Assembly (NCBI GenBank): GCA_934746645.1
Contig: CAKVFE010000002.1
Location: forward strand, 26,044 to 90,043
DNA from: an uncultured Clostridia bacterium
GTDB taxonomy: Bacteria; Bacillota; Clostridia; Christensenellales; UBA1242
Reading direction: 5' to 3'
DNA: 64,000 nucleotides
Made by a program: the position numbers and the translations under genes. The notes beneath the pieces are model-generated. The model did not search any database, was not told where the DNA came from, and worked only from the letters and a program-made list of their open reading frames with translations. Of this stretch, positions 9,994-19,559 are shown in pieces. The stretch's first letter is position 1; the number at the start of each line of letters is the position of its first letter.

Positions 9994-10380
9994 TTACAAT
10001 AAATTTTGCAAATTAAATCCCATAATGTGTCTGTTTTTCTCACTATATTCTTTTAGTAGATTGACTTCTATTATAGCGTTGTCATAGTCATTGTTGTTGA
10101 CACTACTAGATAACCTAGATAAAGTATCGGTGATTGTACTTAAATCTTTGTGGTTAAACATTAAACATAAGTTTTCCTCGTGTTTACTCCAAAAAGATTT
10201 AACTTCATCTACCGAAGTACTTGTATCAATTACATTATCTTCGTTTTCGCTTATTTCCACTTGAAGTTGTACTGTCATTACTTCCAATTGACTTATTATA
10301 TTGTCTACAGCAATTAGTTCGTATGTGGCAAGTCCCAATAGTAGTACGGACAAAATAATAACAATAAGAGCTTTTTTCAC
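9994..10380 (-). CDS. DUF4363-like small membrane-anchored protein
   Basis: 128 aa with an N-terminal TM (ALIVIILSVLLLGLATY). Overlaps by 4 nt the stop of the upstream DUF421 gene, which is the usual DUF421-DUF4363 pairing in spore formers. The family call is from memory. Confidence 0.5.
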   Translation of the reverse strand: MKKALIVIILSVLLLGLATYELIAVDNIISQLEVMTVQLQVEISENEDNVIDTSTSVDEVKSFWSKHEENLCLMFNHKDLSTITDTLSRLSSSVNNNDYDNAIIEVNLLKEYSEKNRHIMGFNLQNLL

Positions 10381-11096
10381 CAGTTGCCATCTCCTTTGTA
10401 ATTGGTTTGAACAATCTGAAACTTGCCATTTTCAGGTTGGATATACATTTTGCCATTAGAGTTGATTGATAGAAAAACGACTTCTTTTTTGGGAATATTT
10501 AATTTTTTTAATTGTATATCTATAAAATTATCATCTAATTTGGTTATAACAAGATTTTCTTTTATACTTTTGCCTTTATCTACAAGTATGACTGGAAGAC
10601 TGGATTCTTCAACTTTTAGATTAACTGCATCAGCTGTTAATGGCGAATAAGCACTTCTAGGCAATACTGTCAAAGTACCATTGGTTTGCATAATCGCATA
10701 CAATATTTCTTCTAAGTTAAAATATCCGGCATCTCGTATTCCTTCCATAAGGTCATTGTAGTTCATATTAAGTTTTTTCATTGCTTTAAAATCAATGCCG
10801 TTTGGGTTGATAACAATAACTGGTTTGCCATTAAGCCACTTTCTAAAACGCAAACTTTTTTGACTTGAAAATGTCAATAAGTAGTGCAGGATAGCAAGAG
10901 TTATTATTGGTATTATTCCGTGTACCAATGGCAACGCTGTTTCTGCCATTGGTATGGTGGCAAGGTCTGCAATGATAAGGGTTATGACTAATTCAAATGG
11001 TTGCATTTCGCCAATTTGTCTTTTACCCATAAGTCGTATTAAGAAAAATACTAATAAGTATATTATTATACTTCTTGTTATTAATGTGTATGTCAT
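10377..11096 (-). CDS. DUF421 (YetF-like) membrane protein
   Basis: 239 aa. The N-terminus IIIYLLVFFLIRLMGKRQIGEMQPFELVITLIIADLA is typical of the YetF/DUF421 family. Confidence 0.7.
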   Translation of the reverse strand: MTYTLITRSIIIYLLVFFLIRLMGKRQIGEMQPFELVITLIIADLATIPMAETALPLVHGIIPIITLAILHYLLTFSSQKSLRFRKWLNGKPVIVINPNGIDFKAMKKLNMNYNDLMEGIRDAGYFNLEEILYAIMQTNGTLTVLPRSAYSPLTADAVNLKVEESSLPVILVDKGKSIKENLVITKLDDNFIDIQLKKLNIPKKEVVFLSINSNGKMYIQPENGKFQIVQTNYKGDGNW

Positions 11097-11166
11097 ATTA
11101 TTATTGTTGTTTAATTTTGATTTTTTATACTAAATTTACTACATTAATGACATACATTTTTATTGT

Positions 11167-12750
11167 CTATGTGCTACATTTTTTATTGGCTTTTACTTTT
11201 GTTTTGTACATTGCACTTAAATATGTGATATCTACAATATTAAAAACACTCATCATAATTGTAAATATAATAATACTAATACCACCACTTATTACTATAG
11301 AAACAAAGTTGCCAAAGACATACAAAATTAAGTTGTACAGCCAGTTGGTAAAATATATACAGGGTATACTAATAACAACTAATTTAAGTATTATACCTAA
11401 ATATGTTTTGTTGGACTTAATAGTTTTGTTGATAGTTATTAAGTTTAAAATTGATATTAGTAGCATACTTAGACCAATAGCATACATTAAAGCATAAACA
11501 CCAATATATTTAGGTAAGATTATTACGCACAATATAGAAACCACACAACTATATAGGTAGTATCTAAAAGTTTTTGATTCTAAATTAAGACTATTAAGCA
11601 TTGAAGTGGTTATTTGTGAAAGTCCCATAGGAACTATCATCCAACTAATATATTTTAAATATGTACCTGCCGTGATGTTGTCAAATATTAATTGACACAA
11701 TGGTTCTCCAAGTGCAATAAAGCAAGGGATTGCTATAAACGAACAACACAATGTAAAGTTGATAGCGTAAGTTATTTGCTTTTTTAAAGCACTATAATTT
11801 TTAGTATTGTATAAATCAGTTAGATTGGGTACAATAGCCATTCCCAATGAACCTATAAGGGTAGATGGTATTGAAAGAAAAGGTAATGTCATACCCATAG
11901 CTATACCCAACTGACTTAGTGCTTGTTCGTTGGTAAATCCAGCTTTAACAAGCATAATTGGTAGCAAAAACGCCATAAATGGTTGCATTAGGCTAGTTGC
12001 TAGTCGTACGCAAGTAATTGGTGTGGCTGACTTAAATATCGGTTTAAAACACGATTTTGGGCTTGTAAGCCTACCTTTGGACTTGAAAAATAAGATTATG
12101 CCAAGTATTGTACTAAGAATACACGCAACACTTAATGATATACCGGCAGGGTATAAGATATTGTTGGGTTGTAGCAAATAAAAACAAATAAAATAACAAA
12201 CTAGTCTTATTATTTGTTCGATAAATTCGACTAAACTTACTTCCGTAAATTTTTCTTTTCCCCAAAGATATCCTTTAAAAGGAGAGTATATACCAGTAAA
12301 TATAATTGCTGGTGTCATAAGTAACAACAAAATATAGGCATTTGTATTGCCAAAATAACCAACAAATAGTTTTTTGCAAACCAATATAATTAGAGCAATA
12401 ACAATAGAAATAATTGTACTAATAATTAGTGCACTAGTAACACTTCCGTTGGCTTTTGATGGCTTGTCTTTATTGATGATTGTAGTTTTTGATACAGCTA
12501 AAGGTATACCAGACGCAAGTATTGTTACAAATACCATAAATATGGACACTACAATAGAATATATACCCAACATTTCGGTTGTAAGAGTACGGGATAAAAA
12601 TATTTTAAATACAAATCCCAACATTCGAGTTATTACAGAAAAAATTGTTAGTATAGCAACAGCTTTAAAAAGTTTAATAATATCACCTCTATTTTTTATA
12701 TGTTTATTAAAAAAATCAACAAAACTTGACAAAATTATAAAATTATTCAA
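11167..12750 (-). CDS. MOP-superfamily flippase (SpoVB/MurJ-like polysaccharide or lipid II flippase)
   Basis: 527 aa with about 14 TM segments. The N-terminus LTIFSVITRMLGFVFKIFLSRTLTTEMLGIYSIV resembles SpoVB/MurJ. Confidence 0.65.
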   Translation of the reverse strand: MNNFIILSSFVDFFNKHIKNRGDIIKLFKAVAILTIFSVITRMLGFVFKIFLSRTLTTEMLGIYSIVVSIFMVFVTILASGIPLAVSKTTIINKDKPSKANGSVTSALIISTIISIVIALIILVCKKLFVGYFGNTNAYILLLLMTPAIIFTGIYSPFKGYLWGKEKFTEVSLVEFIEQIIRLVCYFICFYLLQPNNILYPAGISLSVACILSTILGIILFFKSKGRLTSPKSCFKPIFKSATPITCVRLATSLMQPFMAFLLPIMLVKAGFTNEQALSQLGIAMGMTLPFLSIPSTLIGSLGMAIVPNLTDLYNTKNYSALKKQITYAINFTLCCSFIAIPCFIALGEPLCQLIFDNITAGTYLKYISWMIVPMGLSQITTSMLNSLNLESKTFRYYLYSCVVSILCVIILPKYIGVYALMYAIGLSMLLISILNLITINKTIKSNKTYLGIILKLVVISIPCIYFTNWLYNLILYVFGNFVSIVISGGISIIIFTIMMSVFNIVDITYLSAMYKTKVKANKKCST

Positions 12751-12794
12751 AAAATTTATTCTTTTATCATATATATTGTTAAATGGGGTGAGAT

Positions 12795-13220
12795 ATGTTA
12801 ATAGAATACAATTTAGGTAAATTTGAATCTCTGGAAGATGTATCTAAAAGATTTAATGTGTCTATTATGGATATAAAACAATGCAATGGTATTAGTGGAG
12901 ATAATATACCTAAGACATTGTATATTCCAAAAAGGAAAAGTGATATAAAAGTTATTGCCAATCTTCAAAGAGAATATGTGACAACTTTGAATTATGACGC
13001 AATCAAAACAAAATTTAATAGTTTAAATATGGTGTGTGTTAATCCACAAGACAATCTAAAATTATTTGTACCTAAACAAAATAATATATATGTTGTAACT
13101 GCTTTAGACAACTTAAATTCGGTATGTAAAAAACTGGGAGTTGAAAAACAGAAAATAATCCAATTAAACAATCTAAAAAGTGAAAAATTGTTTATAGGGC
13201 AGTTGTTGATTTTGAGTTAG
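12795..13220 (+). CDS. Protein with two LysM domains
   Basis: 141 aa. LysM-like segments at the N-terminus (YNLGKFESLEDVSKRFNVSIMDIKQCNGI...LYIP) and C-terminus (YVVTALDNLNSVCKKLGVEKQKIIQLNNL...IGQLLIL). SD GGGGTGA. Confidence 0.65.
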   Translation: MLIEYNLGKFESLEDVSKRFNVSIMDIKQCNGISGDNIPKTLYIPKRKSDIKVIANLQREYVTTLNYDAIKTKFNSLNMVCVNPQDNLKLFVPKQNNIYVVTALDNLNSVCKKLGVEKQKIIQLNNLKSEKLFIGQLLILS

Positions 13221-13289
13221 ATATCAATATATTATCTACAATATTTGACTAACATTTTGAAAAAAGTTAAACTATCAATAGGTGATTAT

Positions 13290-14375
13290 ATGATAGATAT
13301 TGTAGAAGTAAAAACTCCTAAACAACAAAAAGAATTTGCTCTATTTCCACTAAGTTTGTATAGAGATTGTCCATATTATATCCCTAATCTTCAGATGTCA
13401 GAAAGAGGGATATTTAAGTCCAATAATCCTGACCAAAAGTCAGTGTTCTTTCTTGCGTATCAAAAAGATGTTTTAGTAGGTAGAATTGGTGGTATTATCA
13501 ATAATCTTTACAATGAAAAGATGGGTGTAAAACAAGTTCGTTTTACAAGATTTGATAGTATCAATGATTATGAAGTCGCAAAAGCATTATTTAAAGCTGT
13601 AGAAGAATGGGCTATTAGTAATGGTATGGATTCGGTACACGGACCTATGGGATTTAATGACCTAGAAAAAATGGGTATTCAAGTTTCTGATTTTACAAGC
13701 GAAGGTAATATTATTACTCAATTCAATTTTCCATACTATAAAAAGCTTTTAGAAAAATGTGGATATTTGCCTGATGCGTCATTTATAGAATGTAAAATTT
13801 TCGAACCAAAAGGATTTAAGATTGAACTTTCAAATGACAAATTTCACAATGTAAAAACAGTAAATTCTGGCAAACTTTTGAAAAAATATAAAGGTCAAGT
13901 TTTTGATTTAATCAACGAATCTTATATTCCAGTATACGGAGCTGTTCCAATAACTCCAACATTAAAAGAAAAATTGATTAACCAATTCAAATTTTTAATT
14001 AATCTAGACTTTATAAGTATTGTTGTTGACAACAATGATAAAGTAGTTGGTTTTGGTGTAGCAATACCGGGTATTGCTAAAGAAATGAAGGAGAGTAAGG
14101 GCAAACTTGTATCAATGCAAAGTTTTAAGATGCTAAAAGCTTTCAACAAACCTAACTATGCAGAAATATTGCTTGCGTGTGTTAGCAACCAATGTAAAGA
14201 TTGTGGGCTAGAAAAACTAATAATTAGCAAAATGTTACTTGGCTTTAAAAAATACAATATAAGAAGTATTAATACAAACCCAGTTATATATAATGATTTT
14301 TGCCAAAATATATTAAGCAATTTTGAATATATTAAACATAAAAAGCGTGTTGTATATTATAAACAATTAATCTAA
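13290..14375 (+). CDS. Long (~360 aa) GNAT-related N-acetyltransferase family protein
   Basis: Start moved to the ATG at 13290 (SD AGGTGA 5 nt upstream). The pattern EVKTPKQQKEFALFPLSLYRDCPYYIPNL...VGRIGGIIN...RFTRFDSINDYEVAKALF...GMDSVHGPMGF matches a family I recall being annotated as GNAT. Confidence 0.5.
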   Translation: MIDIVEVKTPKQQKEFALFPLSLYRDCPYYIPNLQMSERGIFKSNNPDQKSVFFLAYQKDVLVGRIGGIINNLYNEKMGVKQVRFTRFDSINDYEVAKALFKAVEEWAISNGMDSVHGPMGFNDLEKMGIQVSDFTSEGNIITQFNFPYYKKLLEKCGYLPDASFIECKIFEPKGFKIELSNDKFHNVKTVNSGKLLKKYKGQVFDLINESYIPVYGAVPITPTLKEKLINQFKFLINLDFISIVVDNNDKVVGFGVAIPGIAKEMKESKGKLVSMQSFKMLKAFNKPNYAEILLACVSNQCKDCGLEKLIISKMLLGFKKYNIRSINTNPVIYNDFCQNILSNFEYIKHKKRVVYYKQLI

Positions 14376-14392
14376 TTAATAATGTTAATAAA

Positions 14393-14427
14393 AAAAGAAG
14401 ACTTAATTTAAGCCTTCTTTTTTTATT
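14393..14427. terminator. Bidirectional terminator between convergent genes
   Basis: AGAAGACTTA/TAAGCCTTCT stem flanked by A- and T-runs. Nearly identical to the terminator after rpsT (32913-32946). Confidence 0.55.
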
Positions 14428-14431
14428 GTTA

Positions 14432-17400
14432 TTATTGATTGTTGTTAGTGTCACTATCTTCTTTAACATCTTCAGTATTTTCTTCTACTGCGTCTGTTTT
14501 TGGTTCATCAATCTCTACCTCAGTGGTATTGTCTGAAGGAGTAGTGTCTTCTGTTGTTTCGCTAGGTTGATTATCGTGGTTATGCTTTTTAGCTTTAGCT
14601 TCTTCTTTAGCTTTACGCTTTTCAGCAAGATAAGCAAGTTTTTCTTTCTTAGCTTCTTCTTTAGCTTTACGATATTCGTTCCACATAATTTCTTCTTGTT
14701 TAGCAATTTCTTCGATTTCTTTTTCGATTCTAGCGATTTCTTCTTGAATATATTTTTGTCTTTCACTAAGTTCTTTAACTTTTTGATTGTGCTTAATTTC
14801 AATAACTTGGATTGTGTTATCTTTCTTATTGTACTTCTTAGCTTCTGCAGCTGCACGCTTGTCAAGTTTCTTAATGTAAGCTTTAAATTCTTTTTCGTAC
14901 TTAGACTTATCTTGTTCGGTTAAGTTTTCAGTAGCGTTAAGTTTGTCATTATATTCTCTTGTAACTTTTTCACGCTCAATAATAATTGCTTGTTTAACTT
15001 CTTCATACGCTTTTAGTTTTTCTTCTTGCAATTTTAAAGCATCTGCTTTTTCTTGCTCAAATTGTTTAACTAAATCATTGATTTCTTTATCAATATCATT
15101 GTATTCGGTGTTAAGTTCTTTAATGATTTCGTTACGCAATTCTATGCGCTCACGCTTATCAAGGTCAACTTCAACAGTTTTTCTTCTGTCATATTTTGTT
15201 TTGATTTTTGGAGTTTTTGTAAATTTAAACTTTCTAACTGTTGTACCAACTATTGCTATAATGATAGCCAAACTTGTAAGGATTGATGGTACAAGTACCC
15301 AGTTAAATTCAGAACCAGTGAAGTCTGTACCACTGTCTGTATCATCAGTAGTTGTTGATTGTTTTGACAAAAGTAGGGTACGGATATTTGTGTTTTCACT
15401 AGCTTCAGTATAGTTGGCTTCGCTTAATTCGCTAACAACTATATCGTCTACAAATACATAACCACTAGCCCAATTATCTTCACCACCAATACCCAATATT
15501 ACATTGGTTTGAGTATCTTCGGTTGGCTTAATTAGGAATGAGTATGTTACATATCCATCTTCAAGATCTCTTTCAGTATCAATAGCTGTAAACATATCAT
15601 CATAGCCATCAAGACCAATAAATGCACCATATTTAATTAGGTTGCCGTCATCATCATATTTCTTTACATCTTTATTGATGTTTCTTGTTTTGATTTTTAC
15701 AGCAATCTTATAATATTTGTCTACACTTAAATCTATTTTTTGTGAACTTGTAAGTGTAAAGTATGAATCATTAATTGATTGTAATGCAAGTATGCTTGTA
15801 CCATTGACAGAACCAGGATTGGTTATACCAGTAAATACTTCATTAATGTTTTTAGTTGTGTCTAATGCACCATATACTACGCCACTGGTTTCGCTATTGT
15901 TGGTAGATGTCCAGTTAAATAGGGTAGATAGGACAGTGTCACTTTGTGAGTGTACATCAAATGTATCACTTGATTGTAGGTTAAGTTCTACTTTATATTG
16001 ATTTTCTGTTAAAGTGTTGTTAAATTCTGTTTCACTAGATTCGGCTACTACAACATCATCAAAGAATACATAACCTTTAATATTGTTTAAAGCAAGTGTA
16101 AGATTGAATGTTGTGTACTTAGAACCAACATGTACAAACATATCTATTTGTTTCCATTGTCCGTTGGTATCAATATTGCCTATTTCCATAGCTGTAAATG
16201 CAGAACTATCTAATGTGATTTTTGCACCTTTTGTTAAGCTTGGATTTTCGTATTGTGTATTAACTAACATACTGATTTTATAATAACTACTTGCTGTTAG
16301 TGAAAAATCTTCTGATTTATAACTTTGAGTAGTAGTTGTTGTATTACCAATCATTAATACATTGTTGCTAGAGTTGTCTAGTGTTGCTCCAACAATCTTT
16401 TGTACTGGTGTAAGTCCAGGATTGTATGGAGTGTCTGTAATACCTTTAGTATTGATATAATCTTTTAAAATTTGGAATTGGTCAGTTTTTGTATTAATAA
16501 CACCTGTTAAATTATATTCTTGATTATAATTTTCGTCAGAAGTTAATGTCCAGTTACTTGCTGTAAGTGGATAAGTTAATTCTTTTTCAGATTTTTGCGT
16601 AACATTGAAGTTACCATTAACTATTGTAAATTGAGTATTGTCTGTATTGTATGTGTAAGTTGCATTAGTACCACTTGAGTTAGCATCTGAAAAATCTTTG
16701 TAACTTATTTTTTGAACTGTGATATTGTCGAAGAATACATATCCAGAAGTCTTAGAGTCTTCAGTACCCAACCATAATTGTAGAGTAACTTTAGTATCTT
16801 GAAGTGGGTGACCTTCTACAAACAATTTGTATTGTGTCCAGTTGTTGGTAGTAGCATCAGTTGTTAGGGAAGTAGCTGTAGTAAGTGTTGCAGTAACTGC
16901 TTCAAAATCTTCATCTTCTTCGTCTTCATTAACTTGTTCTAGTTTAACAGTTGCACCACTACCTGTAGCACAATCAGATTTTGCCCAAACAGAGATAAGA
17001 TATAATTCGTTTTGTTTGATTGTAAATTCGTTTGATTTTATACCTTGTGCGCCATCTGTTTTGTTGTACATAAATAGTACACTATCATCAGAAGCTTTAA
17101 AGTTTGTACCAGGATTAGCAATACCTTTTTCTGTATCTATAGAAGCGTGGTAGTTATTGGTTGTAATAACCTTTAACATTTGATTTTCATTGTAGCTAGC
17201 TTCTACAGTTGACCAACCAGTGATTGGACTAGAATCACCAATTACGCTTGTAGCATCAAATGATGGGTTGTTGATTGGTGTTTCGTATATAGGGTTATAT
17301 AAACTTATTTGTTTAGAACGGGTAGTGTCAGCAGAAGAAACTTTTGTACGATAAGATGTTTCGCTATAACGGGTAAGTGTAACTTTGTTAAAGAATACAG

Positions 17401-18076
17401 CACCTTGACAGTTGTCATCACTATCTTTACTACCTAACCACAATTCTAGGGTAGCAGTTTCTGAAGTAAATGCGTTGGTTTCTACAAACATTTCGTATGT
17501 TTCCCAAGCTTCGTTGGTAGATATACTCTTTATGCTTGCATCAACTGTACTATCACTAAGACCACTTAGATATACAGAAGCTTTTGCTTTGTCGTTGGTT
17601 CTAACAGTAATAGCAATAGAATAATAGCTATTTGCGTTAAGAGTAAACGAAGTACTTGTGTATCCAGCACGACCAAGACCAGCATAACTGTTTATCATTA
17701 GGTGCTTGTACAAAGTATCGTTGCTACCTTCAGTAATATTACCAGGGGCAGGAGTTACAGGATTTTCCAATTCATAGTCGTCTTTATTGTTTGAGAAAGA
17801 AGAATCCGAAACATTGATAACGCCGTATTTTATATTGTCATTATTGGCTGGGTTAGTAAATGTCCAGCTATTAGGACTATATGGATTAGAAGATGTACTG
17901 TAAGAAGTAAAGTCATTATTTGATATTGATGTTTGTTGCTCTGTATAGTGAGCATAGATTGGAGAATTGTTGTTCTCAAAATTGCTTACTAAAAAAGAGG
18001 TGCTAAACACGCTTAATGCTAACATCCCACCTACTAAAAATTTTTTAAATCCGTATTTTTTGTTTTTATATTTCAT
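14432..18076 (-). CDS. Giant bitopic surface protein: signal peptide, four ~215-aa CBM/jelly-roll-like modules, TM, 267-aa Lys/Glu-rich cytoplasmic coiled coil
   Basis: 1214 aa. N-terminal signal/anchor FLVGGMLALSVFSTSFLV. Four modules each end with a G[AY]VF[FV][DN]x[IV]x[VL] strand (GAVFFNKVTL, GYVFFDNITV, GYVFFDDVVV, GYVFVDDIVV). TM VLVPSILTSLAIIIAIVGTTV (about 15236-15300). The tail (14432-15235) is heptad-like and K/E-rich. Confidence 0.8.
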   Translation of the reverse strand: MKYKNKKYGFKKFLVGGMLALSVFSTSFLVSNFENNNSPIYAHYTEQQTSISNNDFTSYSTSSNPYSPNSWTFTNPANNDNIKYGVINVSDSSFSNNKDDYELENPVTPAPGNITEGSNDTLYKHLMINSYAGLGRAGYTSTSFTLNANSYYSIAITVRTNDKAKASVYLSGLSDSTVDASIKSISTNEAWETYEMFVETNAFTSETATLELWLGSKDSDDNCQGAVFFNKVTLTRYSETSYRTKVSSADTTRSKQISLYNPIYETPINNPSFDATSVIGDSSPITGWSTVEASYNENQMLKVITTNNYHASIDTEKGIANPGTNFKASDDSVLFMYNKTDGAQGIKSNEFTIKQNELYLISVWAKSDCATGSGATVKLEQVNEDEEDEDFEAVTATLTTATSLTTDATTNNWTQYKLFVEGHPLQDTKVTLQLWLGTEDSKTSGYVFFDNITVQKISYKDFSDANSSGTNATYTYNTDNTQFTIVNGNFNVTQKSEKELTYPLTASNWTLTSDENYNQEYNLTGVINTKTDQFQILKDYINTKGITDTPYNPGLTPVQKIVGATLDNSSNNVLMIGNTTTTTQSYKSEDFSLTASSYYKISMLVNTQYENPSLTKGAKITLDSSAFTAMEIGNIDTNGQWKQIDMFVHVGSKYTTFNLTLALNNIKGYVFFDDVVVAESSETEFNNTLTENQYKVELNLQSSDTFDVHSQSDTVLSTLFNWTSTNNSETSGVVYGALDTTKNINEVFTGITNPGSVNGTSILALQSINDSYFTLTSSQKIDLSVDKYYKIAVKIKTRNINKDVKKYDDDGNLIKYGAFIGLDGYDDMFTAIDTERDLEDGYVTYSFLIKPTEDTQTNVILGIGGEDNWASGYVFVDDIVVSELSEANYTEASENTNIRTLLLSKQSTTTDDTDSGTDFTGSEFNWVLVPSILTSLAIIIAIVGTTVRKFKFTKTPKIKTKYDRRKTVEVDLDKRERIELRNEIIKELNTEYNDIDKEINDLVKQFEQEKADALKLQEEKLKAYEEVKQAIIIEREKVTREYNDKLNATENLTEQDKSKYEKEFKAYIKKLDKRAAAEAKKYNKKDNTIQVIEIKHNQKVKELSERQKYIQEEIARIEKEIEEIAKQEEIMWNEYRKAKEEAKKEKLAYLAEKRKAKEEAKAKKHNHDNQPSETTEDTTPSDNTTEVEIDEPKTDAVEENTEDVKEDSDTNNNQ

Positions 18077-18410
18077 AATACACCATGCTTTTAAATTTTG
18101 CTTTTATACTTATATATATAAACAATTAGTATTATATAAAATATTGGGTTTATAAGCAACTAATTTTAATTATATAAATAATTAACACTTTTATTTATTG
18201 GTTGATTTTTGTGCCATAAATAATAAATTTTGTCGTATCTAATAAATACTAAAATCTTATTTTTTACAACCTAATCAAATTAATATAAATTAAATGTGCT
18301 ATTTCATCTTAACAAAAAATGCAAAAATGGTAAATTTTGGTAACTAATTTTAGTATATTCTTTTTTATTTTTTTTACTCATAACATTTTTAATTTTTACA
18401 CAAAATATTT

Positions 18411-19067
18411 GTGATGGAAAAAATTGTATACAAAACTTTAAATTTAAAACTTAATAAATGTATGAAAGCTAAAAAATATATGTTTAGAAGTTCAGATGTA
18501 AAAGGAATGACTAAATATAAATATAGGCACATATTAACGAAAGGTAATATGATACAACCAGTGCTGACAGTAAGAAAAAATAATAAGTGGAAAGTTGCAT
18601 ATAAGACCACTCTCAATCAGTTTAATTGTGTTTATATTTACAAGCAAAGATTGTGTAAAGATTATAAGCCTAAGACTAAAAATGTTTTTTATTTTGGTAA
18701 AAAGAAAAACAAGTTCTTAAACACATTATCTGTACTAGTATTAGGACTAATTATTGGCTTTATCAATGGATTTTGGGGTGGTGGTGGAGGTATGGTTTGT
18801 GTACCAACACTTACTGGAATAATTGGACTAAAAGACAAAAAAGCTCACGCAACAGCAATACTCATTATGCTTCCATTGAGTATTGCAAGTTTTGTTGTTT
18901 ATATGCTAAAAGGCTCACTTAAATGGGATATTGCTGGGATAGTGTCTGGAGGCTTTGTGGTAGGTGGAGTACTGGGTGCTTTGCTACTAAAGAAAATTAA
19001 TAATATTGTGTTACAAATAGTATTTGCACTAGTCATAATTGCTGGTGGAATAAAAATGCTATTATAG
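18411..19067 (+). CDS. TSUP (TauE/SafE) family half-size transporter subunit; start uncertain
   Basis: The last ~117 aa (LGLIIGFINGFWGGGGGMVCVPTL...) form a 4-TM TSUP half. The first ~100 aa are Lys-rich low complexity and may be non-coding; an internal ATG at 18549 is an alternative start. Confidence 0.55.
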   Translation: MMEKIVYKTLNLKLNKCMKAKKYMFRSSDVKGMTKYKYRHILTKGNMIQPVLTVRKNNKWKVAYKTTLNQFNCVYIYKQRLCKDYKPKTKNVFYFGKKKNKFLNTLSVLVLGLIIGFINGFWGGGGGMVCVPTLTGIIGLKDKKAHATAILIMLPLSIASFVVYMLKGSLKWDIAGIVSGGFVVGGVLGALLLKKINNIVLQIVFALVIIAGGIKMLL

Positions 19068-19074
19068 GAGAATT

Positions 19075-19500
19075 ATGATTTGGTTATGGTATATAATTGC
19101 TGGCGTAGTTAGTGGTGTTGTTGCTGGTATGGGTATGGGTGGTGGAACATTGCTTATACCTATATTGACAATATTTTTCAATATTGCTCAAGCAACTGCA
19201 CAGGGTATCAACTTGTTTGCTTTTTTGCCTTGTGCAATAGTAAGTCTTATTATTCATATTCGCAATAAGCTAGTTGATTTTAAAGTTGGTTTGCTTATTA
19301 TTGCTAGTGGTGTAGTAAGTAGTATTTTGGGCAGTATACTTGCTGTCAACACTACCAACAAAACTCTAAAAACATTGTTTGGTGGATTTTTGTTGTTAAT
19401 AGGTGTGTATCAAGGAACAGTAGCTATTGTCAATATTGTAAAAAGTAAGAAAAATCAAGATAAAAAGATTAAATCTAAAATAATTTATAAATTAAAATAA
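19075..19500 (+). CDS. TSUP (TauE/SafE) family half-size transporter subunit
   Basis: 141 aa, 4 TM, with GVVAGMGMGGGTLLIPIL (the TSUP glycine motif). Starts 7 nt after the preceding half. Confidence 0.65.
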   Translation: MIWLWYIIAGVVSGVVAGMGMGGGTLLIPILTIFFNIAQATAQGINLFAFLPCAIVSLIIHIRNKLVDFKVGLLIIASGVVSSILGSILAVNTTNKTLKTLFGGFLLLIGVYQGTVAIVNIVKSKKNQDKKIKSKIIYKLK

Positions 19501-19559
19501 TGGCTTTTAGTAAAAAAAAGAGAACAATATGTTCTCTTTTCTATTTTTAATAACCAGTA

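Noticed and set aside
11075-12820. Plus-strand ORFs 11075-11497, 11930-12181 and 12374-12820
   Set aside because: They are antisense to the SpoVB-like flippase. Hydrophobic mirror ORFs are typical opposite membrane-protein genes in AT-rich DNA.
14515-14923. Track ORFs of 116 and 118 aa (Lys-rich and Phe-rich)
   Set aside because: These are alternative or antisense frames of the AAG/GAA-rich coiled-coil tail of the 1214-aa gene. They are low-complexity translations with no start signals.
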